The notes beneath the pieces are model-generated. The model saw only the letters and a program-made list of their open reading frames with translations, ran no database searches and was not told where the DNA came from. A program made the position numbers and the translations under genes. Positions 29,027 to 38,726 of a stretch of 64,000 nucleotides of DNA are shown here, piece by piece. Position 1 is the first letter of the stretch. Every line of letters begins with the position of its first letter. The stretch comes from a virus, in the IMG/VR virus record IMGVR_UViG_3300037391_000010, positions 32,001 through 96,000 of that record; one strand, 5' to 3'.

Positions 29027-30865
29027 TTAGCTGTGCTTCAGGGCGAATGCAATTTCCAGAGTCTCGTACCCGAGTGGGTTCGCGAACTGTGGTGTCCAAG
29101 AGCCAGCACCGATCTGGGTGCCGTACTCCACAAGGTAGTGGGCTTCAGAGCCGACCAGCTTGCCGTTGCTAATCATGTAGTAGCCGCCCTCGGTCACTAC
29201 TGCTGGGCTGCCCGCTACGGTGTAACCTGTCAGCGTGGAGTCTGTCCCGAGGTCGATCCCGTTGGCACTCTTCTGGAGACCAACGACGAAGACCGCATCC
29301 GCGCCAGTCGTGACGATTGGCGAGGTAGCAGCGGGGTTGCTGATCGTGATTGCTGTCGTTGCGCCGTCCACCGTTACCCCCGTCATGCCCGTAACATCGA
29401 GCACTTGGAAGTTGATGCCGCCATCGAACACGGGCTTACCAGCCGCGAGGTCGAGCGGAGCCACAACACCGTTCTGGTACACGGAGTTGAGGTTCACAGC
29501 ATAGGTGCCAGCGTTCGCCGAGTTGCAAACCCAGACATAGATGCATGGGTAGTACCCGTCGAGGTTCCAATCGCAGGTCTGCCACTGGGTTTCAGAACCC
29601 GGGGGAGACATGATCGGAGCGTAATCGCCGCCCGCAAGGACGATGCTCGCCACGAGTACCCAGTCGTTGACGCTACCGCCAGAACCCGGAGGATTCGTGG
29701 TGGTGGAGGTTTCGGCGTTGGTCACAGCCGCCGTCAGGGAGATCGCTCGACCAGTGAAGGTCGCAATACCCGTCTGGCTGAGGGTGACTGACCCCGTGCC
29801 TGCGATGTAGGTTCCAAAAACCACGCTGCCGTTGAGAATAGCCGACGCACCGCACACGAAGATGATGTTTCCAGCCTGTGCGCCGTTTAGCAGGGTCATG
29901 GTCGAGTTGACGTTCGACGTGAACGTGCTTCCAACCTGAATGACCCACTGGGCGTTCACGTTCCCACCCGCGTCGAAGTTGACGTTGCCAGAGGCAGCCA
30001 AATCCAGCGAGCTAGAAGCGGTGTACGTGCCCGGGGTGAGCGTCATTCCGCTTAACTGCGTTACGGTCGGGCCAGCGGCCAAACCTTTGTAGTAGCCGTA
30101 AGCAGTGTTTGCGTTCGCTTGCGCCTGAATTGCCAGCGGGGTGTTGATCTGGAACGATGCTGGAACGAAAGTTCCCGTGATCGACGTGCCGGGGGTCAAA
30201 CCCACGAGCCCGTTCACGATTGTCCAGATGCCCGCGCTTGTGATGGTCGAACCGGCGAGTACGGCAAACTGAGCCGCCACACCCAACTCCAATTCGATGC
30301 CCGACTCAGGAGTTACAGTCGAGTTGTCCGAGATTGTCGGGGTGGGAATGAAGTCGTTGATTCCCTGCAAGTAGCCGAATTCCGTGCTTGCGCCGTGAAG
30401 CTGATCGAACGGAGCGAGGCTCTTGAGGCCGAATGCGATGGCAATGAGCGTGTCGCCAGCCAATGGGCTGATGAAGACGTTATCCCCTTGGTTGTTCGAC
30501 GCCATGTTCGAGATTTTCTGGGCGTACTGGTAGGGGGTGCCGATTCCGACTTGCAGTTGCGCCGTGCCGATGTCTGCGGGAGGAGAACCGCCGCCTACCG
30601 CCGCCACACCGTTCGGGTTGAGAAGGTAAAGCTGGGTTGCGGAGGACTGGACGCACACGAACTCGCCGTTATTCCTCTGGTCGGCGAAGCCGCTTACGAC
30701 GAAAGCCTGACCTGCGTAGGCTCCAAGCGGCTGCGATGCCGAAGCTGCCCCGCCTGTGATTGTGCCAGTGTAAACCGTGGTGCCCGTGGCCGCTCCCTGA
30801 AAAGGACGAACGGCGGCGGCAACCTGTGTTAGCTCAAAAATTGGACCGAATGTTGGTTGACCCAT
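29027..30865 (-). CDS. Virion protein with a DUF3494 ice-binding-like domain
   Basis: LGVAAQFAVLAGSTIT...VGLTPGTSITG...TLTPGTY...FDAGGNVNAQWVIQV...LLNGAQAGNIIF...FTGRAIS. Confidence 0.85.
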   Translation of the reverse strand: MGQPTFGPIFELTQVAAAVRPFQGAATGTTVYTGTITGGAASASQPLGAYAGQAFVVSGFADQRNNGEFVCVQSSATQLYLLNPNGVAAVGGGSPPADIGTAQLQVGIGTPYQYAQKISNMASNNQGDNVFISPLAGDTLIAIAFGLKSLAPFDQLHGASTEFGYLQGINDFIPTPTISDNSTVTPESGIELELGVAAQFAVLAGSTITSAGIWTIVNGLVGLTPGTSITGTFVPASFQINTPLAIQAQANANTAYGYYKGLAAGPTVTQLSGMTLTPGTYTASSSLDLAASGNVNFDAGGNVNAQWVIQVGSTFTSNVNSTMTLLNGAQAGNIIFVCGASAILNGSVVFGTYIAGTGSVTLSQTGIATFTGRAISLTAAVTNAETSTTTNPPGSGGSVNDWVLVASIVLAGGDYAPIMSPPGSETQWQTCDWNLDGYYPCIYVWVCNSANAGTYAVNLNSVYQNGVVAPLDLAAGKPVFDGGINFQVLDVTGMTGVTVDGATTAITISNPAATSPIVTTGADAVFVVGLQKSANGIDLGTDSTLTGYTVAGSPAVVTEGGYYMISNGKLVGSEAHYLVEYGTQIGAGSWTPQFANPLGYETLEIAFALKHS

Positions 30866-31053
30866 GGTGGTGTGTTCCTTGGAGGAAAATATCCTCTTAC
30901 ATTAGATGGACTCGGTAGCGAAATAATTTTTCCACTGTTTTTCAGGGAGTATAGAGAGGTTATTCATTCACTGGCGGCTCCATTGATCGATGTCTCAGTT
31001 ATCAAACTCGACTACCAAAACCTTCAAATAGAAGTTTTCTCTGGAAGGATTAC

Positions 31054-31491
31054 ATGGGGCGTAAGAGACTCTTTGATAGTGAAAAGAAATGGTGCAATAA
31101 GTGCGAAAAATGGCTCCCCCTCGACGCCTTTGGGGAGAACAAACGCACCGCCAGCGGTCGCTCCTACTACTGCCGCACCTGCCACAACACCTATTGCGGA
31201 ACCTTCTGGACGAAAGTTCACACCTACGACGCCTTCCTCGAACGCGAATACCACATGAAGCCCGGACAGTACCTCGAACTCTGGCGGCATCAGGATAAAA
31301 AGTGCGCGGTCTGCGACGTGGCGTTGGTATTGTATAACAGGAAGACTTTGGTGGATTTCCGCGACGGACGAGTCCATGGGTTGTTGTGTGCCGACTGCAT
31401 GGAGGGCCTGAGGAAGCTGAAAATCTCCCCCGAGTTGCTTGCGAAAGCCATTCAGTATCTCAAACCAATTAGTATGGGAGTCACGCCGTGA
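31054..31491 (+). CDS. Endonuclease VII-like homing endonuclease, catalytically degenerate
   Basis: N-terminal CxxC...CxxC finger; QDKKCAVC...VDFRDGRVHGLLCADCM. Confidence 0.7.
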   Translation: MGRKRLFDSEKKWCNKCEKWLPLDAFGENKRTASGRSYYCRTCHNTYCGTFWTKVHTYDAFLEREYHMKPGQYLELWRHQDKKCAVCDVALVLYNRKTLVDFRDGRVHGLLCADCMEGLRKLKISPELLAKAIQYLKPISMGVTP

Positions 31492-31633
31492 GCCTTCGTG
31501 AAATAGCTGAGTCCCTATTTCGCTGGTTCGATGGTCACATTCTGCACGACTGGCGTAAACAAAACCCGCAAATTTGCCCTGAGTGCAAAACCTGCCTCAG
31601 CTACTACAGAGAGTGGAAGACAGAGGGAATCTC

Positions 31634-32341
31634 GTGAGCGACATAGCACTCGTAATCATCTGTACGGGCACTGCCTACTGGAAATTCACCCAAGCGGCGG
31701 TCGATAGCGTGCGGGCGTTCTTCCCCGCCGATATTCTCCTGTTCACGGACAATCCCCAGCAATTCCCCGTCGCCAAGCAAGTGATGCACCCACACCCCGG
31801 TTGGCCGAACGCCACGCTGATGCGATTCCACACCATCCTGAGCCAACGAGAATGGCTGTCGCAATACAAATACGTTTTCTACATGGATGTATGTATGAAC
31901 ATGATGAGCCCAATTGCTGCGGCGGAAGTTCTTTCTGACGGCATCACGGCTTGCGTACACGCTTCGTTCGAGTTGAGCAAGGGGAAATATTGCACGCCAG
32001 AGGAGAATCCGAAGTCCACCGCCTACCTCAGCAAGAAGGACATCCGTAAGATGTACATCGGCGGTTTCTGGGGCGGGCCTACTGAGAAAATCTTGAGCAT
32101 GGCGGAAACGATCAGTAAGAGGATCGACATCGACAACGCCAACAACTTTATCGCCACGTGGCACGACGAATCGCACATCAACCGCTACCTCTACGAGTTC
32201 CCGCCAACAAAGGAACTGGATTTGCCGTACAACAACTGGACTAAGACCCCCAACATAAAAATCTGGCGCGTTCCCAAAGGCACGCCTAATCGTCCCGCCG
32301 TGAACGGGAAGCAGCCCTTCGAGCAGAGGAACCTGCCGTGA
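31634..32341 (+). CDS. Family 6 glycosyltransferase (ABO/alpha-1,3-Gal(NAc)T-like)
   Basis: ICTGTAY, LFTD, WPNATLMRF, YIGGFWGG, WHDESHINRY; GTG at 31634 is coupled to a 49-aa upstream ORF. Confidence 0.9.
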   Translation: MSDIALVIICTGTAYWKFTQAAVDSVRAFFPADILLFTDNPQQFPVAKQVMHPHPGWPNATLMRFHTILSQREWLSQYKYVFYMDVCMNMMSPIAAAEVLSDGITACVHASFELSKGKYCTPEENPKSTAYLSKKDIRKMYIGGFWGGPTEKILSMAETISKRIDIDNANNFIATWHDESHINRYLYEFPPTKELDLPYNNWTKTPNIKIWRVPKGTPNRPAVNGKQPFEQRNLP

Positions 32342-34104
32342 AAATTCTAGTGGCAATCTTGGCCTGTCATAGATACGTCGCAGGACGCGGAGCGGGCTGG
32401 AATTGGACGAACAAGGAAAAACACGCTGCCTACAGTTCCGTAAACTCGCAAATCAAGGCGTGTCGCGACACTTGGGTTAAAGATTTGGCGGCGTACCCCA
32501 ACGTTGATGTCAGATTCTTCTACGGGCGTGGAGCCAACCGTCAACCGTTACCTGACGAAGTGTTTTTGACTTGCGGGGATGATTACGCGAGCCTACCGCA
32601 CAAGACAAAAGCCATGTGTCAGTGGGCAATCGAGCATGGTTACGACTACATCTTCAAGACAGATGACGACACCTTTGTGTGGGTAGATCGTTTGATGAAT
32701 AGTGGGTTTGAGGGGCATGATTACGTCGGCGCTGTCAGCTACATCAGTAAATTCCCCTACGCTACGGGACTGGGATATTGGATAAGTGCAAAAGCGGCTC
32801 GATTGGTTGCCGCTGGGACTCCAACGGGTTCTATGGAAGATCACTGGGTGGGCGAGGTAATGCACAAGCACGGGATCGCTCACGTGTGTGACCACAGGTA
32901 TCGCAGTGTAGGTTCGAGATTCGTGGGGATCGGCGGCATGTTTAGTATGCCTGAATTTGCTTTACCAAACATCGCCATCCACCCATGCAACTCCGATATG
33001 TTGTATGCCTGCCATGTTCGCGCACATGAGACTGGCGTTGCTCCCAACGTGCCAATCAACCCAACAGCATTGGTCATCATAGCTACAGGCAGCCTGTACA
33101 GGCAACACGCTCGGGAGTTTATTGCGTCGGCAAAACAATTCTTCGTCCCGCACGACGTGGTGCTATTCACCGATGGCCCATCGGAGTTCGATGCTCCCGT
33201 GAAATTCAGACGAGAGAGCCTCGGCTACCCCCGAGCGACTTTGACACGCTACCACGCCATCTGGGAGGCGCGAGAGGTATTGTCAAAGTACGATCACATT
33301 TTCTACTCGGACGCGGATATGAAGTTCGTCGCTCCCGTAACAGCCGATGAGATTTTTTCCAATGGCATCACGGCTACCGAACATCCGGGATATGTTGGAT
33401 TGAAAGGGTCGCCAGAAAAGAATCCTAGTTCGGCGGCGTATTTACGAGATATTCGAACTTACTTCTGCGGCGGGTTCAATGGGGGTACGAGTAAAGCCTT
33501 TTTAGAGATGACCGACGTGATTCGGCAGGCGGTAGATGCGGATGATGCCAAGAACATCCTCGCCATTTGGCATGATGAGTCTCACTTAAACCGATACCTG
33601 TACGATCACCCGCCCGCGAAGGTTTTAACGCCCGCATTTTGCTACCCAGAGGAAGAACTTAGTTCCAATGGAAACGGATACTGGGGAAACATTTGGAAAC
33701 GGGCGCATCGCCATGGCATTGTCCCCAAACTGGTCTGCCTCAAAAAAGAATCACGCGAGAATAACGTCCCAACTCCAGTCCCCGTCCTAGTTGTCACGCC
33801 TCCCACACCTAAGCCCGTTGACCCGAGTGTATCGCGATGTAATCGTCACAATGTATACGCCTGTAGCGTATGCATCGCACGTGGTTGGGAATTTAGACAA
33901 TCAAATGCCCCCGCCCCCGCTCACACCGATGCGACTGTACGCGCTGCTTCACCGCAACAGACCACGCCCGCTCCGAGGATCGTTCCCCCCAACCCGCAGA
34001 TACAAAGAGCGGCATCGAGAGGTCTTACTGGGAACGTGAAACCGAGCCAAGGGGGGTTGTACCGCAACAATAGAGGCACAGACAATCAGAGGAAAATAAA
34101 ATGA
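32338..34104 (+). CDS. Bifunctional GT31-like (beta-1,3-galactosyltransferase-type) + GT6 glycosyltransferase with a Pro-rich basic tail
   Basis: DDYASLPHKT, FKTDDDTFV, EDHWVG; then IATGSLY, YSDADM, FCGGFNGG, WHDESHLNRY. Confidence 0.88.
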   Translation: MKILVAILACHRYVAGRGAGWNWTNKEKHAAYSSVNSQIKACRDTWVKDLAAYPNVDVRFFYGRGANRQPLPDEVFLTCGDDYASLPHKTKAMCQWAIEHGYDYIFKTDDDTFVWVDRLMNSGFEGHDYVGAVSYISKFPYATGLGYWISAKAARLVAAGTPTGSMEDHWVGEVMHKHGIAHVCDHRYRSVGSRFVGIGGMFSMPEFALPNIAIHPCNSDMLYACHVRAHETGVAPNVPINPTALVIIATGSLYRQHAREFIASAKQFFVPHDVVLFTDGPSEFDAPVKFRRESLGYPRATLTRYHAIWEAREVLSKYDHIFYSDADMKFVAPVTADEIFSNGITATEHPGYVGLKGSPEKNPSSAAYLRDIRTYFCGGFNGGTSKAFLEMTDVIRQAVDADDAKNILAIWHDESHLNRYLYDHPPAKVLTPAFCYPEEELSSNGNGYWGNIWKRAHRHGIVPKLVCLKKESRENNVPTPVPVLVVTPPTPKPVDPSVSRCNRHNVYACSVCIARGWEFRQSNAPAPAHTDATVRAASPQQTTPAPRIVPPNPQIQRAASRGLTGNVKPSQGGLYRNNRGTDNQRKIK

Positions 34105-34895
34105 ATGTGATTTTTATGGGGGGGCTAGGCAATCAGATGTTCCAATACGCTTTTGGTGTCTCCGTAGCAAAAGCGAAGGGCGAAGATGTGACGTTCACGT
34201 GGAACAAAGGAGAGTGGCGTGCGTATTCGCTCGAAGCATTCAATTGTCGGGTAAATATGGTGCCGACGTTCACTGGTCAACAGTTCAATGAGCCCGTGTT
34301 CGCATACGATCCCAGCGTGTATACGCGGCCAAAGGGATCATCGTTCATTGGTCACTGGCAGACGGAAAAATACTTCGATGCCCCGCTTGTGCGTCAGGAC
34401 ATGACGCTCCGCAACCCCGTGAGCGACAAGACGAATGCGGTCGCCGATGCGATTCAAGCTGCGGGAGAGAAGAGTGCGTTCCTGCATATCCGCAGGACGG
34501 ACTACCTGATTCCGAAAAACGTTGAATACCACGGCGGGCCCACACAGAGGTACTACAACGAAGCCATCGAGCGTATCCGTGCCGCCACGCCAGACGCCAA
34601 GTTCTTTGTATTCTCGGACGAGCCCGATTGGTGCAAAGCGACATACCCCGACTTCACAGTCGTGGATCACAATCCAATGGGTGTAAACGGCAAACCCGGA
34701 CAAGAACACGAGGACATCTATCTGATGAGTCTGTGCCGACACGCTGTGATCGCCAACAGTTCATTTAGCTGGTGGGGAGCATGGCTTGGAGACACTCAAC
34801 CATCTCGGTTGGTGTTCGCCCCGAATCGTTGGTTTGTAGTTAATCTTGAAAGCAAGGATATCGTCCCTGAGAGGTGGACTAAACTTGGCAACTGA
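34101..34895 (+). CDS. Family 11 alpha-1,2-fucosyltransferase-like
   Basis: GGLGNQMFQYA, GHWQTEKYF, HIRRTDY, FSDEPDWC, ANSSFSWWGAWL. Confidence 0.93.
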   Translation: MNVIFMGGLGNQMFQYAFGVSVAKAKGEDVTFTWNKGEWRAYSLEAFNCRVNMVPTFTGQQFNEPVFAYDPSVYTRPKGSSFIGHWQTEKYFDAPLVRQDMTLRNPVSDKTNAVADAIQAAGEKSAFLHIRRTDYLIPKNVEYHGGPTQRYYNEAIERIRAATPDAKFFVFSDEPDWCKATYPDFTVVDHNPMGVNGKPGQEHEDIYLMSLCRHAVIANSSFSWWGAWLGDTQPSRLVFAPNRWFVVNLESKDIVPERWTKLGN

Positions 34896-35868
34896 TCTCA
34901 TTACTGGCATGGCATCTGGCTACACGTGGCAAACATTGCAGCCGTTCGTCCTTTCCCTGCGACGTTCTGGGTACGGGGGGCGGTGCGTCTTGATCTTCGG
35001 TGAAGGCCGTAAGGAGGAAGTCGGTCATGCTCCGGGGTACGAGCCGGGTGCTTATGCCGCAAAGGGCTACGTACACCCCGTGGACGCTGCGGGCGACAAA
35101 GAAGCATTGTACTCCAAGCTACTAGAGTACGGAGTTGAAGCGCACGATATCGGCACGTTTGACGAGCACCCGATCATGGCTCGATTTCCAGTCATAGCCG
35201 ATTTGATCGATAGCATTCAACCTCGTTACGTGCTGAGCGTAGACACCAAGGACATCGTGTTTCAATATGACCCGACGTTCTGGCTGGAACAGTATCTCGG
35301 AGACAAAAGCGTTTGTGTCGTATCAGAAGGCTCGACATACCAGCAAAGTCTCGGCAACGCTAACAACATCCGGGCGGCGTTTGGCGACGACATGTACGAA
35401 TCTATGAAAGACGAGATGGTGCTCAACGCTGGCGTAATCGCGGGTCTGCCAGAAGCAGTCAGCAAGCTGCACCGCGATGTGCATGAGCTTGCGCTAACCG
35501 ATCTGCGGTTAAAGGAAGCACAACCGGGGTACAAGGAAATGGTCGCCGATCAAACAGCGATGAACATACTTCTACGGCGAAACCCCTATCGCGACATGAC
35601 GCTTTTTGCTACTCAACATAATGGCTTTGTCGCGGAATACCACCACCTGCATTACAGTTGGGCTGGCGAAGAGCGTAAGTTTGAAATAGACCTCGCGGAA
35701 AACGTCAGCAGTGGTCAGCGCCCTGATTTGCCGTTGGATGAATACAACTACTATCGAGATGGGATCATTTACCCGGGTGGTAGTGAAATCCCGTTTGCGA
35801 TCTTCCATCAGTACATGGTCAACGGTGATTGGTGGGTGGACATCAAGGAAAAATACAAGGAAGAATAA
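34885..35868 (+). CDS. GT-A fold nucleotide-sugar transferase, family uncertain
   Basis: VDTKDIVFQ-x-DP, LNAGVIAG, DQTAMN, IFHQY; TTG start inferred. Confidence 0.65.
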   Translation: MATDLITGMASGYTWQTLQPFVLSLRRSGYGGRCVLIFGEGRKEEVGHAPGYEPGAYAAKGYVHPVDAAGDKEALYSKLLEYGVEAHDIGTFDEHPIMARFPVIADLIDSIQPRYVLSVDTKDIVFQYDPTFWLEQYLGDKSVCVVSEGSTYQQSLGNANNIRAAFGDDMYESMKDEMVLNAGVIAGLPEAVSKLHRDVHELALTDLRLKEAQPGYKEMVADQTAMNILLRRNPYRDMTLFATQHNGFVAEYHHLHYSWAGEERKFEIDLAENVSSGQRPDLPLDEYNYYRDGIIYPGGSEIPFAIFHQYMVNGDWWVDIKEKYKEE

Positions 35869-35883
35869 TTATGAGGATCGCCC

Positions 35884-36564
35884 ATGCGAGTTAGTATCGT
35901 TATTCCGCTGTATAACCTACAGGATTTTGTAGCGCAGACCATTGAATCGGCGCTCGGTCAGACGTATGGGGACTCTGAAGTCATCGTTGTCAATGACGGG
36001 TCTACGGATGGCAGTCTTGCTGTGGCGCAGCGGTACGAAGGCCGTATCAGGTTGATAAATCAGAAGAATGTAGGGTTGAACGCATCACGTAATGCGGGGG
36101 TCGCTGTGTCCTCGGCTGAATTCCTGCTCCCCTTGGACGCTGATGATTGGCTATCGCCAACGTACCTCGAACAGACTATTCCTTTAATGATTGAGGGGGT
36201 TGGTGTGGTTTCTACGGATATGGACATGTTTGGCGTGGTCAATCGATTGCAGCCGATTGGACACCCCACCCTCCACGTCCAGAAATGGGCCAACACGATG
36301 CCCTATTGTTCGCTAATCCGACGCACGGCGTTTGACCAAGCTGGCGGTTATAGCTCCAACCCCGACATTCAAGCATACGGGGACTGGAACCTTTGGATCA
36401 GCATTTTGAAACGCGGATGGCGGGTTGCTCCGCTTCCGAAGCCGTTGTTTCACTATCGAGTGCGCCCCACATCGATGCGCTCTGAGGTGGAACCAAAACA
36501 TGCGGAGATGGCGCTTGCCATTCGCCGCAATCACCCAGACCTGTTTAGGCCGGAGGAAAGATGA
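35884..36564 (+). CDS. Family 2 glycosyltransferase
   Basis: VSIVIPLYN, VVNDGSTD, RNAG, PLDADD, YGDWNLW. Confidence 0.92.
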   Translation: MRVSIVIPLYNLQDFVAQTIESALGQTYGDSEVIVVNDGSTDGSLAVAQRYEGRIRLINQKNVGLNASRNAGVAVSSAEFLLPLDADDWLSPTYLEQTIPLMIEGVGVVSTDMDMFGVVNRLQPIGHPTLHVQKWANTMPYCSLIRRTAFDQAGGYSSNPDIQAYGDWNLWISILKRGWRVAPLPKPLFHYRVRPTSMRSEVEPKHAEMALAIRRNHPDLFRPEER

Positions 36565-37553
36565 AGATACTCGTTACTGGGGGTGCTGGCTTTATCGCCA
36601 GTCACTTTATTGATCGCGTTCTACGCACCACGGATTGGCACGTCACAGTCGTTGACCAATTTACATACGCTTCGAATGGCCTGACTCGGCTGAAGGAAAT
36701 CGGGGCGTATGACAATTCACGAGTTAAAATCCACGTCCGTGACTGTGCGCGTCCTCTCGGCTCCTGCTTGGAAGATGAAATAGGCCACATCGACTACTTG
36801 CTACACATGGCGGCTGGCACGCATGTGGACAACTCCATAGCCTGCCCGAGAGATTTTGTCGAAGCGAACATTTTCGGCACCTTTGAGATGCTGGAATACG
36901 CTCGCCGCATACAGGGGCTCCAGAAATTCGTCTATTTCTCCACGGATGAAGTTTACGGCCCAGCAGCCGTTGGTCAGAAGTTCGAGGAGTGGGACAGATA
37001 CAACTCCTGCAACCCCTACTCCGCTACCAAGGCGGGTGGTGAGGAGCTTTCTCTCGCATGGGCTAACACTTACGGCGTACCTGTGGTTATCACTCACACC
37101 ATGAACGTGATCGGTGAAAGGCAGCACCCAGAAAAATTCGTGCCGAGGGTTGTTCGCAGCGTACTTGCGGGCAAGGAAATTCAGATACACACAGACCCCA
37201 AAACGGGAAAACCGGGAAGCCGCCACTACCTGCATTGCCGAGATGTGTCGGACGCCGTAATGTTCTTGCTACCTCGTGCCGAGATTCGCCAGAAGTACAA
37301 CATCGCTGGTGAGGTGGAGATTTCCAATCTCGAAGTTGCACAGGGTATCGCCGAAGTTCTGGGTAAGAAACTCAAGTATAAGCAGGTGAATCCGACCGAC
37401 GTAAGACCGGGGTTTGATGTGCGGTACGGTCTCAGCGGCAAAAAGATGGCGGACATGGGTTGGAAGCCCGCCCATAGCTTCAAAGAAAACATTAAAGACC
37501 TCGTGGAATGGATGGTCAGACCGGAGAATGAACATTGGCTGAAGATTGGGTAG
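36561..37553 (+). CDS. NDP-glucose 4,6-dehydratase (RmlB-like extended SDR)
   Basis: TGGAGFIA, AAGTHVDNS, STDEVYG, YSATK, QHPEKFVP. Confidence 0.88.
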   Translation: MKILVTGGAGFIASHFIDRVLRTTDWHVTVVDQFTYASNGLTRLKEIGAYDNSRVKIHVRDCARPLGSCLEDEIGHIDYLLHMAAGTHVDNSIACPRDFVEANIFGTFEMLEYARRIQGLQKFVYFSTDEVYGPAAVGQKFEEWDRYNSCNPYSATKAGGEELSLAWANTYGVPVVITHTMNVIGERQHPEKFVPRVVRSVLAGKEIQIHTDPKTGKPGSRHYLHCRDVSDAVMFLLPRAEIRQKYNIAGEVEISNLEVAQGIAEVLGKKLKYKQVNPTDVRPGFDVRYGLSGKKMADMGWKPAHSFKENIKDLVEWMVRPENEHWLKIG

Positions 37554-38125
37554 CAAAATGGTTCGCTGATGGTGCGGAAGAAAACTTACGGCTGGGGTAT
37601 TCCCTAAGCTCGGACAGCGTTGTGTTCGACGTGGGGGCGTATGACGGCGGCTGGTCTGCTGATTTAATTCGGCACACTGGTGTCCATCCTCGACTATTTG
37701 TAGTTGAGCCTCTGGAAGGGATGTCCCAAGTTGCCGCCCAACGTTTGAAGGGCGAGAACGTCACCATCATCAATGCGGCGTTGTCGGATCGAACAGGCGA
37801 GGCTCAAATCCATGATTACAGCCACGAATCCAGTATGCACAGGCCCGGGAATCGCACGATAAAAACGGTGGATGCTGCGGAAGTTGTGAGAGCTTTTCCC
37901 CGTATAGACCTGATGAGCATCAACGTTGAGGGGCACGAGTTCGTGATTGTCAAAAGGCTTCTGGATGCGGGGCTCATCCAGATCATAGAGAATTTGCAGG
38001 TGCAGTTTCACACTTTTGTCCCCAACGCAGTAGAGATGCGCGACGAGCTTAGGGCACGGCTGGCTGTAACTCACACGGAAGTTTACTGCTATCCGTTTGT
38101 TTGGGAAAATTGGAGAAAGAAATGA
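37535..38125 (+). CDS. FkbM-family methyltransferase
   Basis: VFDVGAY-x-G, VEP, IDLMSINVEGHE, LQVQFH. Confidence 0.85.
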   Translation: MAEDWVAKWFADGAEENLRLGYSLSSDSVVFDVGAYDGGWSADLIRHTGVHPRLFVVEPLEGMSQVAAQRLKGENVTIINAALSDRTGEAQIHDYSHESSMHRPGNRTIKTVDAAEVVRAFPRIDLMSINVEGHEFVIVKRLLDAGLIQIIENLQVQFHTFVPNAVEMRDELRARLAVTHTEVYCYPFVWENWRKK

Positions 38126-38726
38126 ACGAACTCTGCACACTCGGGGCAAAGCACAGGACGGATAAACATAACGCCAAAAACTTCCCTGAAGAAGGCGATC
38201 TGACATCCGTCTATCACGGTCTTCTGAAGGATCGTAAAGATGATGTTCGGAAGGTTCTGGAGATCGGGATTGGGCACACCGTAGCGGGACGAGAAGGTTG
38301 GATGGGGACTATAGACGACTACCATGCGGGGGCCAGTCTGTTCATGTGGGAAGAGTATTTCCCTAACGCGGAGATTTTTGCGCTGGATATTGTCGTTGAG
38401 GCGCTCATCAATCAAGGCCGCATTCGTTCTTTTTGGTGCGACCAGAGCAGCGAAAGCTCTCTACGAGAAATTATCCCCACGCTCGGAAGTGATTTCGATC
38501 TCATTATAGACGACGGTTCTCACATGGTCGATCATCAAATCCTGACGGCCAACACCTTTATGCCCCTGCTTGGGTCGAATGGATTTACGTCATCGAAGAC
38601 ATCCACCTGAAAGATAGGGAGATGATAAAGGACGGAATCAAGTACCCGTCTGAGTTTAGAGAAGTCATAGACACGGAAGGTCTGATCGGCGACCTAATGC
38701 TGATCTTTAAGAAGGAGAGTGTATGA
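38122..38726 (+). CDS. Class I SAM-dependent (sugar O-)methyltransferase, 1-nt frameshift at ~38582
   Basis: VLEIGIG, GASL-x-MWEEYFPNA, CDQS, FDLIIDDGSH; IYVIED continues in the -1 frame to a TGA overlapping the next ATG. Confidence 0.8.
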
